From Spirochaetota bacterium (GTDB lineage Bacteria > Spirochaetota > UBA12135 > COTS27 > CBDBHE01): a DNA stretch of 64,000 bases. The stretch is from positions 608,001 through 672,000 of the forward strand of contig CBDBHE010000007.1 of the NCBI GenBank assembly GCA_965205605.1, given 5' to 3'. Below, in pieces: positions 42,154 to 52,910 of this stretch. Within the stretch, counting starts at the first letter, position 1; each line of letters opens with the position of its first letter. The position numbers and the translations under genes are program-made. Below the pieces are notes generated by a model. That model was not told the DNA's origin. It worked only from the letters and a program-made list of their open reading frames with translations, and did no database searches.

Positions 42154-42206
42154 ATCAAAAAGATCTTGATTTTTTTTTAAAATAACTAATACTTTAGTGT
42201 GGCTTA

Positions 42207-43514
42207 TTGATGAATCCAATCGCAGAAAATCTTAATCAAAGCATTATTTCTCAAAATAAAGCTGTTTTTTCTCTTTTTTCATCTTTAGGGAAAAGTCTTT
42301 TCTTCCCTAAAGGAATTATGAGTCAGTCTCAAGAAGCGAAAGAAAAAGCGTTTTTGTATAACGCGACGATAGGCATAGCGACTAATAGAGAAGGGCCCCT
42401 TGCTTTTAAGAGTATTTTAAAATATTTTTCTAACTTAGATAAAAAAGACCTTTTTCCTTATGCGCCTTCTTATGGGTTAAAGCCTCTTAGGCAAGCTTGG
42501 AAAAAACGATTAAATCAAGTTTGTCCTTTTTTAAAAGACCAATCTTTTAGCTTACCTATTGTGACTTCAGGACTGACCCATGGGCTTTCAATTGTGGCGG
42601 ATCTTTTTATGGATGCAGGAGACAATCTTATTTTGCCTAATCAAATATGGGGAAATTACAACTTAATTTTTGGGATAAGGCGTCAAGTCAAACTTGCTTT
42701 TTTTGATTTTTTTAAAAAAAATAATTTTAATCTTGCCGCTTTTGAAGCAGCGATTGACAAACAAGCAATGATCAAAAAAGAAATTAAAATTTTACTTAAT
42801 TTTCCTAATAATCCGACTGGGTATATGATTTCTAAAGAAGCCGCTTTGGGAATTAAAGAAATCTTACTCCGAAAAGCGAGCGTTGGGTTGTCTATTTTAG
42901 TTTTGTTAGATGATGCTTATTTTAGTATTTGTTATGAAAAAGAGTCGTATGAAGATTCTCTTTTTAGTGAGCTTTGCAATTTACATGAAAATCTTTTGGT
43001 GGCTAAGATAGATGGGGTTAGTAAAGAGTTTTTTGCTTGGGGATTTAGAATTGGTTTTTTAACGTATGGGACTAAATCAGCAAAGGAAAATTTGTATCAA
43101 GCTATAGAGTCTAAAACAGGAGGAGCGATTCGAGGCAACTTGTCTAATGTGAGTCTTCCTAGTCAAAGTTTGATTTTAGATTTATTAAATAATAATACGT
43201 ATCAAAATGATTTTAAAAAAAATTATGAAGAACTCAAACAGCGTTACTTAGAAGTCAAACGTGTTTTAAAAACAAATGATTATCAAGATGCTTTCTGGCC
43301 ATATCCTTTTAACGCAGGTTATTTTATGTTGGTGCAACTAAGTGCCGCTTTAAATGCAGAAACTCTTAGAAAAAAACTTTTAGAAAAAGGGATTGGGGTG
43401 ATTGCCATTGGAGACAGAGAGATTCGTATTGCCTTTTCTTGCCTTGAAAAGAAGGTTATAGAATCATTTTTTAATTCAATTTATGAAGTTTGTAAAAGTC
43501 TTTTAAAGAAATAA
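42207..43514 (+). CDS. PLP-dependent aminotransferase class I/II (aspartate aminotransferase-like)
   Basis: FFPKGIMSQ, NATIG, LTHGL, WGNY, NFPNNPTGY, DDAYF, PLP Lys in DGVSKEFFAWGFRIG, FNAGYF. Confidence 0.88.
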   Translation: MMNPIAENLNQSIISQNKAVFSLFSSLGKSLFFPKGIMSQSQEAKEKAFLYNATIGIATNREGPLAFKSILKYFSNLDKKDLFPYAPSYGLKPLRQAWKKRLNQVCPFLKDQSFSLPIVTSGLTHGLSIVADLFMDAGDNLILPNQIWGNYNLIFGIRRQVKLAFFDFFKKNNFNLAAFEAAIDKQAMIKKEIKILLNFPNNPTGYMISKEAALGIKEILLRKASVGLSILVLLDDAYFSICYEKESYEDSLFSELCNLHENLLVAKIDGVSKEFFAWGFRIGFLTYGTKSAKENLYQAIESKTGGAIRGNLSNVSLPSQSLILDLLNNNTYQNDFKKNYEELKQRYLEVKRVLKTNDYQDAFWPYPFNAGYFMLVQLSAALNAETLRKKLLEKGIGVIAIGDREIRIAFSCLEKKVIESFFNSIYEVCKSLLKK

Positions 43515-43517
43515 TTT

Positions 43518-44537
43518 TTACTTTAATAAAGAGCTGACTGATTTTTTTTGATTAATGTTGTAAATGACTTTGGCAAAAAGAGGAGTGCAGTCGAGCTCTT
43601 TATACCAAGGGTGATCTTTAATAAAGTCGTTTCCCCAAAAAACAGCATTGGTACCGATGACTTGATTAAAAATACCTTTTTCAAATGCTTTGTCAAATTT
43701 TTGATAGCTTTTATTGCTAAAAAAAGGAAGAGAAGTCGTAATAAAAACTTGATGGGCTCCTTTTTCTTTTAAAAGTTCACATGCATTGAGTAAGGTGTTT
43801 CCGGTTGCTATCATATCATCGGCTAATAAGACGTTTTTGTCTTTGACATTTCCAACTAATCTCATATTGTCAATGGTTGATTCTTTTGAATAATTTCTAA
43901 CTTTCTCAATAATGGCTAAATCTACCTTTAAATTTTTGGCAAAAAACAATCCTTTTTTTGCAGATCCCACATCAGGAGAAACGACGGTTAAGTTTTTTTT
44001 ATAGTTTGAAAAATTGACATTAAAGTACGTGATTAGAGTGCGGCTAATATGTAAATTTTCTATTTGAAGTTTATCAAAAAAACCTAGAATTGCTTCTGAA
44101 TGTACGTCAAGAGTAATTAATTTTTGGGCCCCTGAAATTTCTAAAAGGTTTCCAAAAAGTTTTGCTGTAATGCCTTCTCTTGCTCTTCTTTTATCTTGTC
44201 TTGAATAAGGATACTGAGGGATAACAGCGGTAATTTGGTAAGGGTCTCCGTAGAGGGCAGCATTAATGGCTGTTGATAACGCAATAATATTGTCATTGAT
44301 GCTCTTTGAAGAAAGAGGGTCATCCATTAGCTGGATAATATACACATCTTTCCCTCGAATGCTTTCATCGATAACCAATTTGACTTCATCATTAGCAAAA
44401 GTAATTTCTGTTGAAGGGGTTAAGTTTAATCGATAAGATTTTTTTTCGTATTTAAGGATTTTATTAACTTCTTCACAAACCAAGTTTGAAAACTTTTTGG
44501 CAGAGTTTAAGGCAATAATCGCTAATTGATTTTCCAT
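43518..44537 (-). CDS. prs: Ribose-phosphate pyrophosphokinase
   Basis: FANDE, SIRGKDVYI, PYSRQDK, LDVHS, VSPDVG, DDMIATGNT. Confidence 0.94.
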   Translation of the reverse strand: MENQLAIIALNSAKKFSNLVCEEVNKILKYEKKSYRLNLTPSTEITFANDEVKLVIDESIRGKDVYIIQLMDDPLSSKSINDNIIALSTAINAALYGDPYQITAVIPQYPYSRQDKRRAREGITAKLFGNLLEISGAQKLITLDVHSEAILGFFDKLQIENLHISRTLITYFNVNFSNYKKNLTVVSPDVGSAKKGLFFAKNLKVDLAIIEKVRNYSKESTIDNMRLVGNVKDKNVLLADDMIATGNTLLNACELLKEKGAHQVFITTSLPFFSNKSYQKFDKAFEKGIFNQVIGTNAVFWGNDFIKDHPWYKELDCTPLFAKVIYNINQKKSVSSLLK

Positions 44538-44657
44538 TATTTTATTTTTTATAATATTTAAAAATTAAACAATCAAAGGTTTTTTTTAAAAAATTATTTA
44601 TTAAGTTTTTACTTCTTAGATAGTTTTATTTTGTGATATAGTATAATATTTTTATCT

Positions 44658-47054
44658 ATGCAATATAATAGTTTTAAACGATTTTTTTTTATTACGTATC
44701 TTAGTTTTATTTTTATTTTTGGGGTTTTTAGTGCCTTTATTTTACATTCTTTAGTTAATTTAGGGGGGATTCGAAAACTTGAAAAATACACACCACCGAT
44801 ACCAACAGAAGTTTTGGATATTAAAGGTAGAAGGATTGCTCAGTTTTACTATGAAAAAAGAGAAATTATTGAATATAATGATTTACCAGTTCATTTAGTT
44901 GAAGCTACTTTTGCCACAGAAGATGAACGCTTTGCTTCACACTATGGCTTTAATCCTTGGCGAATGATGAAAGCTCTTTGGAATGACATTATTGCTTTAA
45001 AAGCAGAACAAGGAGGTTCAACGATAACGATTCAGTTAAGTAAGCTACTGTTTTTAAGTCATCAAAAAAAAATTTCTCGTAAGATAAAAGAGCTTTGGTA
45101 TTCGATTCAATTAGAAAAACAATATTCTAAAAAAGAAATTTTACTTTTTTATTTTAATCAAATTAATTATGGACATGGGTGTTATGGGATTAAAGTAGCA
45201 GCTAATTTTTTTTTTAATAAAAAAATAGGTACGCTTGATCTTTTGGAATCGGCTCTTTTAGTGGGGATTCCAAAATCGCCTACTTATTATTCACCTTTTC
45301 GTTTTCCTAAATACTCTATGAAGCGTCATCGAGTGGTGCTTTATAGTATGCTTAATAAAAATATTATTACCAAGCAAGCTTTAGGGGATCCTTATCTTTC
45401 GTTTTGGAGAAGGTATACCACTCACTTTCTTTCTCCTCAGTCAAGTGTGTCAGATACGGCTGAAAATCATGCACCCTATTTCATTGAATATATTAGAAAA
45501 AAACTCGAAAAAGATTTAGGAAAAAGAGTGCTTTATCAAAAAGGACTTAAAATCCATACTACTTTAAATTTAGATCATCAAAAAGTTGCTCAAAAAACGC
45601 TTTGGAATCAATTAGAAAAACAAAATAAGTTTGATCTTAATAAGATTCGGGCTTTAAATGGAGTCTTTGAAAGAGATTTGTACAATTCTCTCACACATTG
45701 GTCTCAGCTGCTTAATTTACCTAATATTAATGTAGGCCCGACGTTGCATAAAAGAAATATGCAAAAAAAGTTGACAGCTTACATCAAATCTTTAAACTCT
45801 TTAAGTCTTTTAACAGGAGTTAATAAACTCAACCATTTTTTAGAACAAGTAGAGCTTGACCCTCAAGTCAATTTAGAAGAAAAAGTTGAAGGGTCTTTAA
45901 TTTCTCTTGAGCCTTCCACAGGGTATGTGACGACGATGGTGGGAGGCAGTGGTTTTAATTATAATAATCAATTAAATCGTTCTGTACAAATAAAAAGACA
46001 AATTGGTTCTATTATCAAGCCATTTGTTTATGGAGCAGCTATTGATAAAAATTTAATTCACGCCAGTACCATGATTGTGGACGAACCGATGGCTTTTGGA
46101 GAAATAAAAGAAAAAGATGGACAATATTATATTCCTAAAAATTATACAGGTAGTTACTTAGGTAAGATCTCTGTTAGAGAAGCCTTAAAAAAATCAGTGA
46201 ATGTTTGTGCTGTTAAAACGCTTTATAAAATAGGTCTAGATGATGCGCGTCATTATGCAGCTCGAATCTTTAGATCTTTTACCGATCAGGATATGAATGA
46301 AAAATTCCCAAAAGATCTTACAATGGTTTTAGGGTCTGGTATTTTTTCTCCTCTTTCTGTTGCAACAGCTTACGCAGTGATTGCCAATGGAGGTAAAAGT
46401 GTGGTGCCTAAGACGATTCGTTATATTACAGATCGTAATGGAGAAATTATTAGAAATTATGAAGCTTTAGGCAATCAAGCTGAATTTGAACAAATTATGG
46501 ATTCTGCCACGGCTTATATTCTTTATTCGATTTTATCCGATGTGTTTAAGCCAGGAGGGACAGCTTATAGACCAGCCCTTTTAGATGGATATCGACATTA
46601 TAATTATTCTTTTGGTAAAACAGGGACATCGAGTAATTGGAAAGACGCTTGGTTTGTTGGAGCCAATCGCCATTTAAGCACTTGTGTTTGGATTGGGTAT
46701 GATAGTGGTAAGTCTTTAGGCCAAGGAAGAGCAGGGGGAAAAATGAGTGCTCCTGTTTGGATTGAATATCAAAAAGAAATTCTAAAAGAAAAAAAACCAT
46801 TAATTGTCAAAAAACCAAAAAGTGTTGTTACAAGACAAATTTGTCGTTATTCGGGTCTTTTAGCAGGGCCGTATAGTCAAGAAAGAGATCTTTTTTATGA
46901 ATATTATAAAAAAGGAACTGAGCCTTTAAAATATTCAGAGTATCGCTACAATCAATTTAGAGAAGAGCTTCGATTTCAAAGAATTATTAGTCGGAAAAAA
47001 AAACCGACTTCGGATGTGAATCGATTTTTTTCAGTCATTAAAAATCGAAATTGA
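44658..47054 (+). CDS. Class A penicillin-binding protein (PBP1A family)
   Basis: TM anchor; transglycosylase EDERF, QGGSTITIQL, RKIKE; transpeptidase SxxK (GSIIKP), SVN, KTG. Confidence 0.93.
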   Translation: MQYNSFKRFFFITYLSFIFIFGVFSAFILHSLVNLGGIRKLEKYTPPIPTEVLDIKGRRIAQFYYEKREIIEYNDLPVHLVEATFATEDERFASHYGFNPWRMMKALWNDIIALKAEQGGSTITIQLSKLLFLSHQKKISRKIKELWYSIQLEKQYSKKEILLFYFNQINYGHGCYGIKVAANFFFNKKIGTLDLLESALLVGIPKSPTYYSPFRFPKYSMKRHRVVLYSMLNKNIITKQALGDPYLSFWRRYTTHFLSPQSSVSDTAENHAPYFIEYIRKKLEKDLGKRVLYQKGLKIHTTLNLDHQKVAQKTLWNQLEKQNKFDLNKIRALNGVFERDLYNSLTHWSQLLNLPNINVGPTLHKRNMQKKLTAYIKSLNSLSLLTGVNKLNHFLEQVELDPQVNLEEKVEGSLISLEPSTGYVTTMVGGSGFNYNNQLNRSVQIKRQIGSIIKPFVYGAAIDKNLIHASTMIVDEPMAFGEIKEKDGQYYIPKNYTGSYLGKISVREALKKSVNVCAVKTLYKIGLDDARHYAARIFRSFTDQDMNEKFPKDLTMVLGSGIFSPLSVATAYAVIANGGKSVVPKTIRYITDRNGEIIRNYEALGNQAEFEQIMDSATAYILYSILSDVFKPGGTAYRPALLDGYRHYNYSFGKTGTSSNWKDAWFVGANRHLSTCVWIGYDSGKSLGQGRAGGKMSAPVWIEYQKEILKEKKPLIVKKPKSVVTRQICRYSGLLAGPYSQERDLFYEYYKKGTEPLKYSEYRYNQFREELRFQRIISRKKKPTSDVNRFFSVIKNRN

Positions 47055-47079
47055 CTTTTTTAATGCCTATGACTACAAT
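47051..47079 (+). promoter_or_regulatory. sigma70 promoter for aceE-aceF-lpdA
   Basis: TTGACT (47051-47056, overlapping the PBP1A stop), 17 bp, TACAAT (47074-47079). Confidence 0.65.
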
Positions 47080-47218
47080 AAAAAACAAGTTTTTACTTTT
47101 AAAAAGAATCAATGAGTGTTTTTTGTTAAAAAAAGTACTTTTTTTGATTTTTCAAATTAATTTTTTGTTTGAAACTGAGTTATTTTTAAGCAAGTAGGCT
47201 AAACTGTTTTAAAAAAAA

Positions 47219-49912
47219 ATGAAAGATACGATCAAACAAGATAATTTTGATGCAGAGCAAATTCAAGAATGGGTCGAATCTTTTAGATCCGTTATTAAAT
47301 TCGATGGAATTAATCGAGCTAGCTCTATTTTAAGTCAATTAAAGAATATTTTAGGCAGTGCCTTTAAAAAGTCTAATGAAAGTAATCATATACGCACTCC
47401 TTATAAAAATACGATTCATCGTAATGAAGAACCTGATTTTCCAGGAGATTTGGAATTAGAAAAAAAGATCACCCATATTATGAGGTGGAATTCGATGGCG
47501 ATGGTACTGCAAGCCAATAAAAGCTCAGATGGGATTGGGGGACACATTGCTTCTTACGCTTCTTCGGCAGTTCTTTATGAGGTTGGCTTCAATCATTTTT
47601 TTAAAGGCAATGATGGAGAGGGGACAGGGGATCAAATTTTTTATCAAGGGCACATTACACCTGGTATTTACGCTAGAGCTTTTTTAGAAGGCCGTCTCAG
47701 TGAGAGTCAAATTAAAAATTTCAGAAGAGAGCTTGCTCCAGGAGGAGGATTGCCTTCTTATCCTCACCCAAGACTTCTTCCTAATTTTTGGCAGTACCCA
47801 ACGGTTTCGATGGGCTTGTCTGCAATGATGAGTATTTATTTAGCACGTTTTTATAAATACCTTCAAAATAGAGATTTATTTGAAACCAAAAAGATTAAAA
47901 TTTGGAGTTTTTTAGGAGATGGAGAAATGGATGAACCAGAGTCTTTAGGTTCGCTTTCTTTTGCTTCGTATCAAGGGCTTGATAATTTAATTTTTGTTGT
48001 TAACTGCAATCTTCAAAAGCTGGATGGCCCTGTGAGAGGAAATGGTAGTGTGATACGAGAATTGGAAGGGGTTTTTAAAGGGGCTAATTGGAATGTGATT
48101 AAAGTCCTTTGGGATAGTCATTGGGATGAACTTTTTGAAAAAGATACGAATGATGATTTGAGTAAAATTATGGAACAAACCGTTGATGGGGAGTATCAAA
48201 AATTTTCTATTTCATCTCCTGAAGAAATTAGACAAAATTTCTTTGGAAAATCAGAAGCTACTAAAAAATTGGCTGAAGATTTTAGTGATGAAAAACTTTC
48301 AAAATTAAAACGAGGGGGACATGATCAAAAAAAAGTTTATGCCGCTTATGCCAAGGCAGTTTCTTTAAATAATGGCAAGCCAACAGTGATTTTAGTTAAA
48401 ACCGTAAAAGGCTATGGAATGGGAGAAAGCGGAGAAGGTCGTAATATTGCTCATCAACAAAAAAAAATGAGTATGAATTCTCTAAAAGGATTTCGAGATC
48501 GATTTTCGATTCCTATTTCAGATGCAGATTTAGAAAAAATTCCTTTTTTTGTTCCAGATAAAAATTCTCCAGAAATTAAATATCTTCATCAAAGACGAAA
48601 AGTTTTGAATGGATACCTTCCTATTAGAACAGAGAGTTTTCAAGGGTTTAAGTTGCCAAGTGAATCAATTTATGATCGTTTTTATAAAGGTACTGGTGGA
48701 CGAGAAATTTCAACTACTATGGCATTAGTTCAAGTGCTTTCCTCTTTATTAAGAGATAAAGACTTTGGTCGTCGTGTTGTTCCTATTATTCCTGATGAAT
48801 CGAGAACTTTTGGAATGGAAGGATTGTTTAGAGAATATCGCATTTATTCCCCAAAAGGTCAGTTGTATGAGCCCGTTGATCAAAAATCACTTCTTCCGTA
48901 TAAAGAATCTAAATCAGGGCAAATTTTGGAAGAAGGCATTACAGAAGCAGGATCTGTTTCTTCTTTTATTGCCTCGGGGACTTCGTATTCACATTTAGGA
49001 TTTGTAACGGTCCCTTTTTATTTTTTTTACTCGATGTTTGGCTTTCAGCGAGTGGGGGATTTTATTTGGGCTGCTTGTGATATGAAATGTAAAGGATTTT
49101 TGATTGGAGGGACGGCAGGGAGGACTACCTTAAATGGAGAAGGCCTCCAACATGAAGATGGTCATTCTCCTATTTTAGCCTCTACATTTCCAACGATTCA
49201 AACTTATGACCCTGCTTATCATTATGAAATTGCTCTTATTGTTAAAGATGGACTTAAACGGATGTATGTTGATCAAGAAGATATCTTTTATTATTTAACG
49301 GTTTATAATGAAAATTATGCTCAAATCCCTATGCCAGATGGATGTGAAGAAGGTGTTTTAAAGGGAATGTATAAACTGAAAAAATCAACGCTTAAAAAAG
49401 ATGATTTGAAAGTCCAACTTTTAGCAAGTGGTGTTATTTTACAACAAGCTTTAAAATCGATTGAAATCCTTGAAAAAGAATGCCAGGTTTCATGTGATTT
49501 ATGGTCAGTGACTTCTTATAAGCTTCTTCGGGAGGAATCTTTGGTTGCTGAGCGTTATAATCGATTTCATCCAAATGAAACCCCCAAAAAATCGTATCTC
49601 CAAAATCTTGTAGAAAATGAAAAAGGGATTTTTTTAGCAGTAAGTGACTACATGTGTGCCCTTCCTAATATGGTTGCTCCTTGGATTCCAGGGGGGCTTG
49701 AAGTTTTAGGGACAGATGGGTTTGGAAAATCTTCTAGTCGAAAAGAGCTTAGAGATTACTTTGAAGTTGATGTCGGTTCGATTGTTTTAGCAGCTCTTTA
49801 TGGGCTTTACAAAAAAGGAAATATTGATCTTTCTTTTTTACAAGAAAAAATGAAGGATTTTAATTATGATGCAAACAAATCATATCCTTTAGACTTTATT
49901 CAGGTAAATTAA
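47219..49912 (+). CDS. aceE: Pyruvate dehydrogenase E1, homodimeric type
   Basis: RWN..AMV, GGHIASYAS, YEVGFNHFF, SYPHP, PTVSMGL, GDGEMDEPES, NLQKLDGPVRGNG, TTLNGEGLQHEDGHS, LGTDGFG. Confidence 0.96.
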   Translation: MKDTIKQDNFDAEQIQEWVESFRSVIKFDGINRASSILSQLKNILGSAFKKSNESNHIRTPYKNTIHRNEEPDFPGDLELEKKITHIMRWNSMAMVLQANKSSDGIGGHIASYASSAVLYEVGFNHFFKGNDGEGTGDQIFYQGHITPGIYARAFLEGRLSESQIKNFRRELAPGGGLPSYPHPRLLPNFWQYPTVSMGLSAMMSIYLARFYKYLQNRDLFETKKIKIWSFLGDGEMDEPESLGSLSFASYQGLDNLIFVVNCNLQKLDGPVRGNGSVIRELEGVFKGANWNVIKVLWDSHWDELFEKDTNDDLSKIMEQTVDGEYQKFSISSPEEIRQNFFGKSEATKKLAEDFSDEKLSKLKRGGHDQKKVYAAYAKAVSLNNGKPTVILVKTVKGYGMGESGEGRNIAHQQKKMSMNSLKGFRDRFSIPISDADLEKIPFFVPDKNSPEIKYLHQRRKVLNGYLPIRTESFQGFKLPSESIYDRFYKGTGGREISTTMALVQVLSSLLRDKDFGRRVVPIIPDESRTFGMEGLFREYRIYSPKGQLYEPVDQKSLLPYKESKSGQILEEGITEAGSVSSFIASGTSYSHLGFVTVPFYFFYSMFGFQRVGDFIWAACDMKCKGFLIGGTAGRTTLNGEGLQHEDGHSPILASTFPTIQTYDPAYHYEIALIVKDGLKRMYVDQEDIFYYLTVYNENYAQIPMPDGCEEGVLKGMYKLKKSTLKKDDLKVQLLASGVILQQALKSIEILEKECQVSCDLWSVTSYKLLREESLVAERYNRFHPNETPKKSYLQNLVENEKGIFLAVSDYMCALPNMVAPWIPGGLEVLGTDGFGKSSSRKELRDYFEVDVGSIVLAALYGLYKKGNIDLSFLQEKMKDFNYDANKSYPLDFIQVN

Positions 49913-49913
49913 A

Positions 49914-51476
49914 ATGTTAGAAGAAATTAAATTAGAAAATTTAGGCGATGGTCTCGAAGGAGGCATCGTGAGTGAACTTTTCATTAAAATAGGAGATAAG
50001 ATTAAAAAAGATTCTCAGATTTTAGAGTTGGAAACGGATAAAGCCGTTTTACCCATCCCTGCTAGTCAAAGTGGGGCTATAAAAACAATTCATGTTAAAG
50101 AAGGGGATCAACTTAAAATAGGTAGCTTGCTATATACTTTAGAGGTTTCTGCTATGCTTAAAGAAAAAACCTCTTCTGAAAAAACAGTAATAAGTGTTAA
50201 AAATGAAACCTTAATACTCCCTGATTTGGGTGAAGGCATTGAAGGAGGGATTGTTTCTTCAATAGAAGTCAGTCTTGGAGATCAAGTCAGTGAAGAACAA
50301 TCATTGTTTGAGCTTGAAACAGATAAAGCTTCTGTTGTAGTTCCTTCTAAAAAGGCGGGAGTGATTACAGAAATTTTAATTAAAGAAAATCAAGAAATTA
50401 AAGTGGGTGAGCCAATATTTGTTTTACAATTCACCCCTTCTACCTCTTTAGGGACACTTCTTAGTGAGGAAAGCGAAGAAGCACTAAAATCCCCCCCTCC
50501 TTCTATTGAAAGTGCTCCATTACCTCAAAATAAAGGGATTTCTCAAGTTATGGTTAACACGACAAATGTAACCATTGCTGCAGGCCCTGCAACAAGAAAG
50601 CTAGCCAGAGAGCTTGGTGTTGATCTTAAAAATGTAAAGGGAACCGCTAGAGGAGGGAGGATTGTTTTAGAGGACGTTAAACAGTATGTTAAGTCTACTT
50701 TAAGTGGCAAAACACCAAAACAAACTTTCGCCACAAAAGAAATGATTGATTTTTCTAGTTTTGGAAAAGTTGAAAAAATTCCCTTGTCTAATCTTAGAAA
50801 AAAAATTGCTAAAAATTTGTCTTTTTGCTGGCAAAATATTCCCCATGTTCACCAGTTTCAAGATATTGATGTGACTAAAATAGTTGACTTTCAAAAAGAA
50901 AAAAAACTTGAATTTAAAGAAAAAGGAAGCATGATTAGTGTGACGTCATTTGTCATTGAAGCGATGGCGATGGTTTTAAAAGAAGAGGCGTTTGCAAGAT
51001 TTAATGCTTCTTATGATGAAGGGGAGGAAGAGATTATTTTTAAAAAATACGTGAATATTGGAGTTGCTGTAGACACTCCTGAGGGACTGATTGTGCCTGT
51101 GCTTAAGAAAGTTGATGAGATGAATGTTTTTAATATTGGAAAAAATTTAAAAGAACTAGCAAAAAAAACTCGAGAAAGAAAAGTTCATCCTGCAGATCTT
51201 AAAGGAAGTTCGATGACTTTATCCAATTTAGGCGGTATTGGGGGGACTTTTTTTACTCCCATTATTAATTGGCCCGAAGTGGCTATTTTAGGAATCGGCA
51301 GAAATACAATTAAGCCTTATTTTATTAATGGTAAATGGGAATCTAAAAGTATTTTACCCACTGTTTTAGCGTATGATCATCGTGTTATTGATGGAGCGGA
51401 TGGGGCTCGATTTATTGTGAAGCTGACGGAAATCCTTGAAAATCCTGATTTTAATCGATTGGGACTGCCTAGTTAA
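49914..51476 (+). CDS. aceF: Dihydrolipoamide acetyltransferase E2, two lipoyl domains
   Basis: Two ETDKA lipoyl motifs, E3-binding GPATRKLARELGVDL, catalytic DHRVIDG. Confidence 0.94.
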   Translation: MLEEIKLENLGDGLEGGIVSELFIKIGDKIKKDSQILELETDKAVLPIPASQSGAIKTIHVKEGDQLKIGSLLYTLEVSAMLKEKTSSEKTVISVKNETLILPDLGEGIEGGIVSSIEVSLGDQVSEEQSLFELETDKASVVVPSKKAGVITEILIKENQEIKVGEPIFVLQFTPSTSLGTLLSEESEEALKSPPPSIESAPLPQNKGISQVMVNTTNVTIAAGPATRKLARELGVDLKNVKGTARGGRIVLEDVKQYVKSTLSGKTPKQTFATKEMIDFSSFGKVEKIPLSNLRKKIAKNLSFCWQNIPHVHQFQDIDVTKIVDFQKEKKLEFKEKGSMISVTSFVIEAMAMVLKEEAFARFNASYDEGEEEIIFKKYVNIGVAVDTPEGLIVPVLKKVDEMNVFNIGKNLKELAKKTRERKVHPADLKGSSMTLSNLGGIGGTFFTPIINWPEVAILGIGRNTIKPYFINGKWESKSILPTVLAYDHRVIDGADGARFIVKLTEILENPDFNRLGLPS

Positions 51477-51494
51477 AATTTGGTTTTGATCGAT

Positions 51495-52910
51495 ATGAAT
51501 ACTAATAAAGTTGATTTAGTGATTATTGGAGGTGGCCCAGGGGGATATGGGGCTGCTTTTTATGCAGCTGATAAAGGTCTTAATGTCACTCTTATCGAAC
51601 GCCATAAAAATTTAGGGGGTGTTTGCCTGAATGTGGGTTGTATCCCTTCTAAAGCTCTTTTGCATTTAGCTTCTTTTAAAGAAAAAGCAAATAAAGTTAA
51701 AGAGCATGGCATTATTTTTGACCAAATTCGCATTGATTTAGATAAGATTAGAAATTTTAAAAACTCGGTGATTGATAAAATGAGAATAGGTTTAAACCAA
51801 TTGTCAAAAAATAGAAATATTCGTCTTATTAGAGGAGAGGCTAGTTTTAAAGATAGTCATACACTCCAAGTTGAACAACAAGGAGGAGAAAAGCAAATCA
51901 TTTTTTTCGTTCATGCCATTATCGCGACTGGTTCTTTACCGGTCGTCCCAAAGGCTTTTCAATTAGACTCAAAAAGATTAATTGATTCTACCGATGCTCT
52001 TGAAATCAGTGATATTCCAAAAGAATTACTCATTGTTGGTGGGGGAGTCATTGGTCTTGAAATGGGACAAGTTTATAGTTCTTTTGGGTCTAAAGTCACC
52101 ATTATTGAAGCTTTAGGCGATATTGGAGGAGGTGTTGATAGGGATTTATTACGGATTCTTAAAAAAAAACTTTTGACTTGTTTTCATGAGATTCATGTCA
52201 AATCATTGGTTGAAAAAATTGTCGATAAGGGAGATTTTCTTGAGGTTCATTATAAAAAAGAAGGAAATGTTTTCCAAAAAAACTTTGATAAAGTTTTGCT
52301 TTCCATTGGAAGAAAACCTAATGCCAATCACTTAAAACTTGAAAATACTAAAGCCCAAAAAAATTCAAAGGGATTTATTAAAGTAGATGCACAAATGAAA
52401 ACAGATGACTCTCATATCTTTGCAATCGGTGATGTGATCGGAAACCCGATGTTGGCTCATAAAGCCAGTCGAGAAGGGCATATTGCCGTTGAGGTCATTT
52501 TAGGTGAAAAAACCATTTGGGATCATCGAGGTATCCCTTCTGTTATTTACACTGATCCAGAGCTTGCTTGGGTAGGCCTTACAGAAAATGAAGCAAAAGA
52601 AAACAATCTTGATTATAAAACAGGTAGTTTTCCTTGGTCTGCTTCAGGAAGAGCTTCTGCGGTTTCTTCTAACGATGGTTTGACTAAGATTCTTTTTGAT
52701 CCAAAAACAGAGAAAGTCTTAGGGGTGGGCATTGTTGGTTATAATGCAGGTGAGCTTATTGCTGAAGGTTGTCTTGCTTTAGAAATGGGTGCTGTTATGG
52801 CAGATATCACAAATACCATTCACGCTCACCCTACTTTAGCGGAAACTTTTATGGAATCAGCCGAATCTCTTCACGGCATGGCAACTCATATTTTTGCAAA
52901 GAAAAAATAA
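51495..52910 (+). CDS. lpdA: Dihydrolipoamide dehydrogenase E3
   Basis: GGGPGGY, GGVCLNVGCIPSK, GGGVIGLE, PMLAHKA, HAHPTLAE. Likely start ATG 51495. Confidence 0.96.
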   Translation: MNTNKVDLVIIGGGPGGYGAAFYAADKGLNVTLIERHKNLGGVCLNVGCIPSKALLHLASFKEKANKVKEHGIIFDQIRIDLDKIRNFKNSVIDKMRIGLNQLSKNRNIRLIRGEASFKDSHTLQVEQQGGEKQIIFFVHAIIATGSLPVVPKAFQLDSKRLIDSTDALEISDIPKELLIVGGGVIGLEMGQVYSSFGSKVTIIEALGDIGGGVDRDLLRILKKKLLTCFHEIHVKSLVEKIVDKGDFLEVHYKKEGNVFQKNFDKVLLSIGRKPNANHLKLENTKAQKNSKGFIKVDAQMKTDDSHIFAIGDVIGNPMLAHKASREGHIAVEVILGEKTIWDHRGIPSVIYTDPELAWVGLTENEAKENNLDYKTGSFPWSASGRASAVSSNDGLTKILFDPKTEKVLGVGIVGYNAGELIAEGCLALEMGAVMADITNTIHAHPTLAETFMESAESLHGMATHIFAKKK

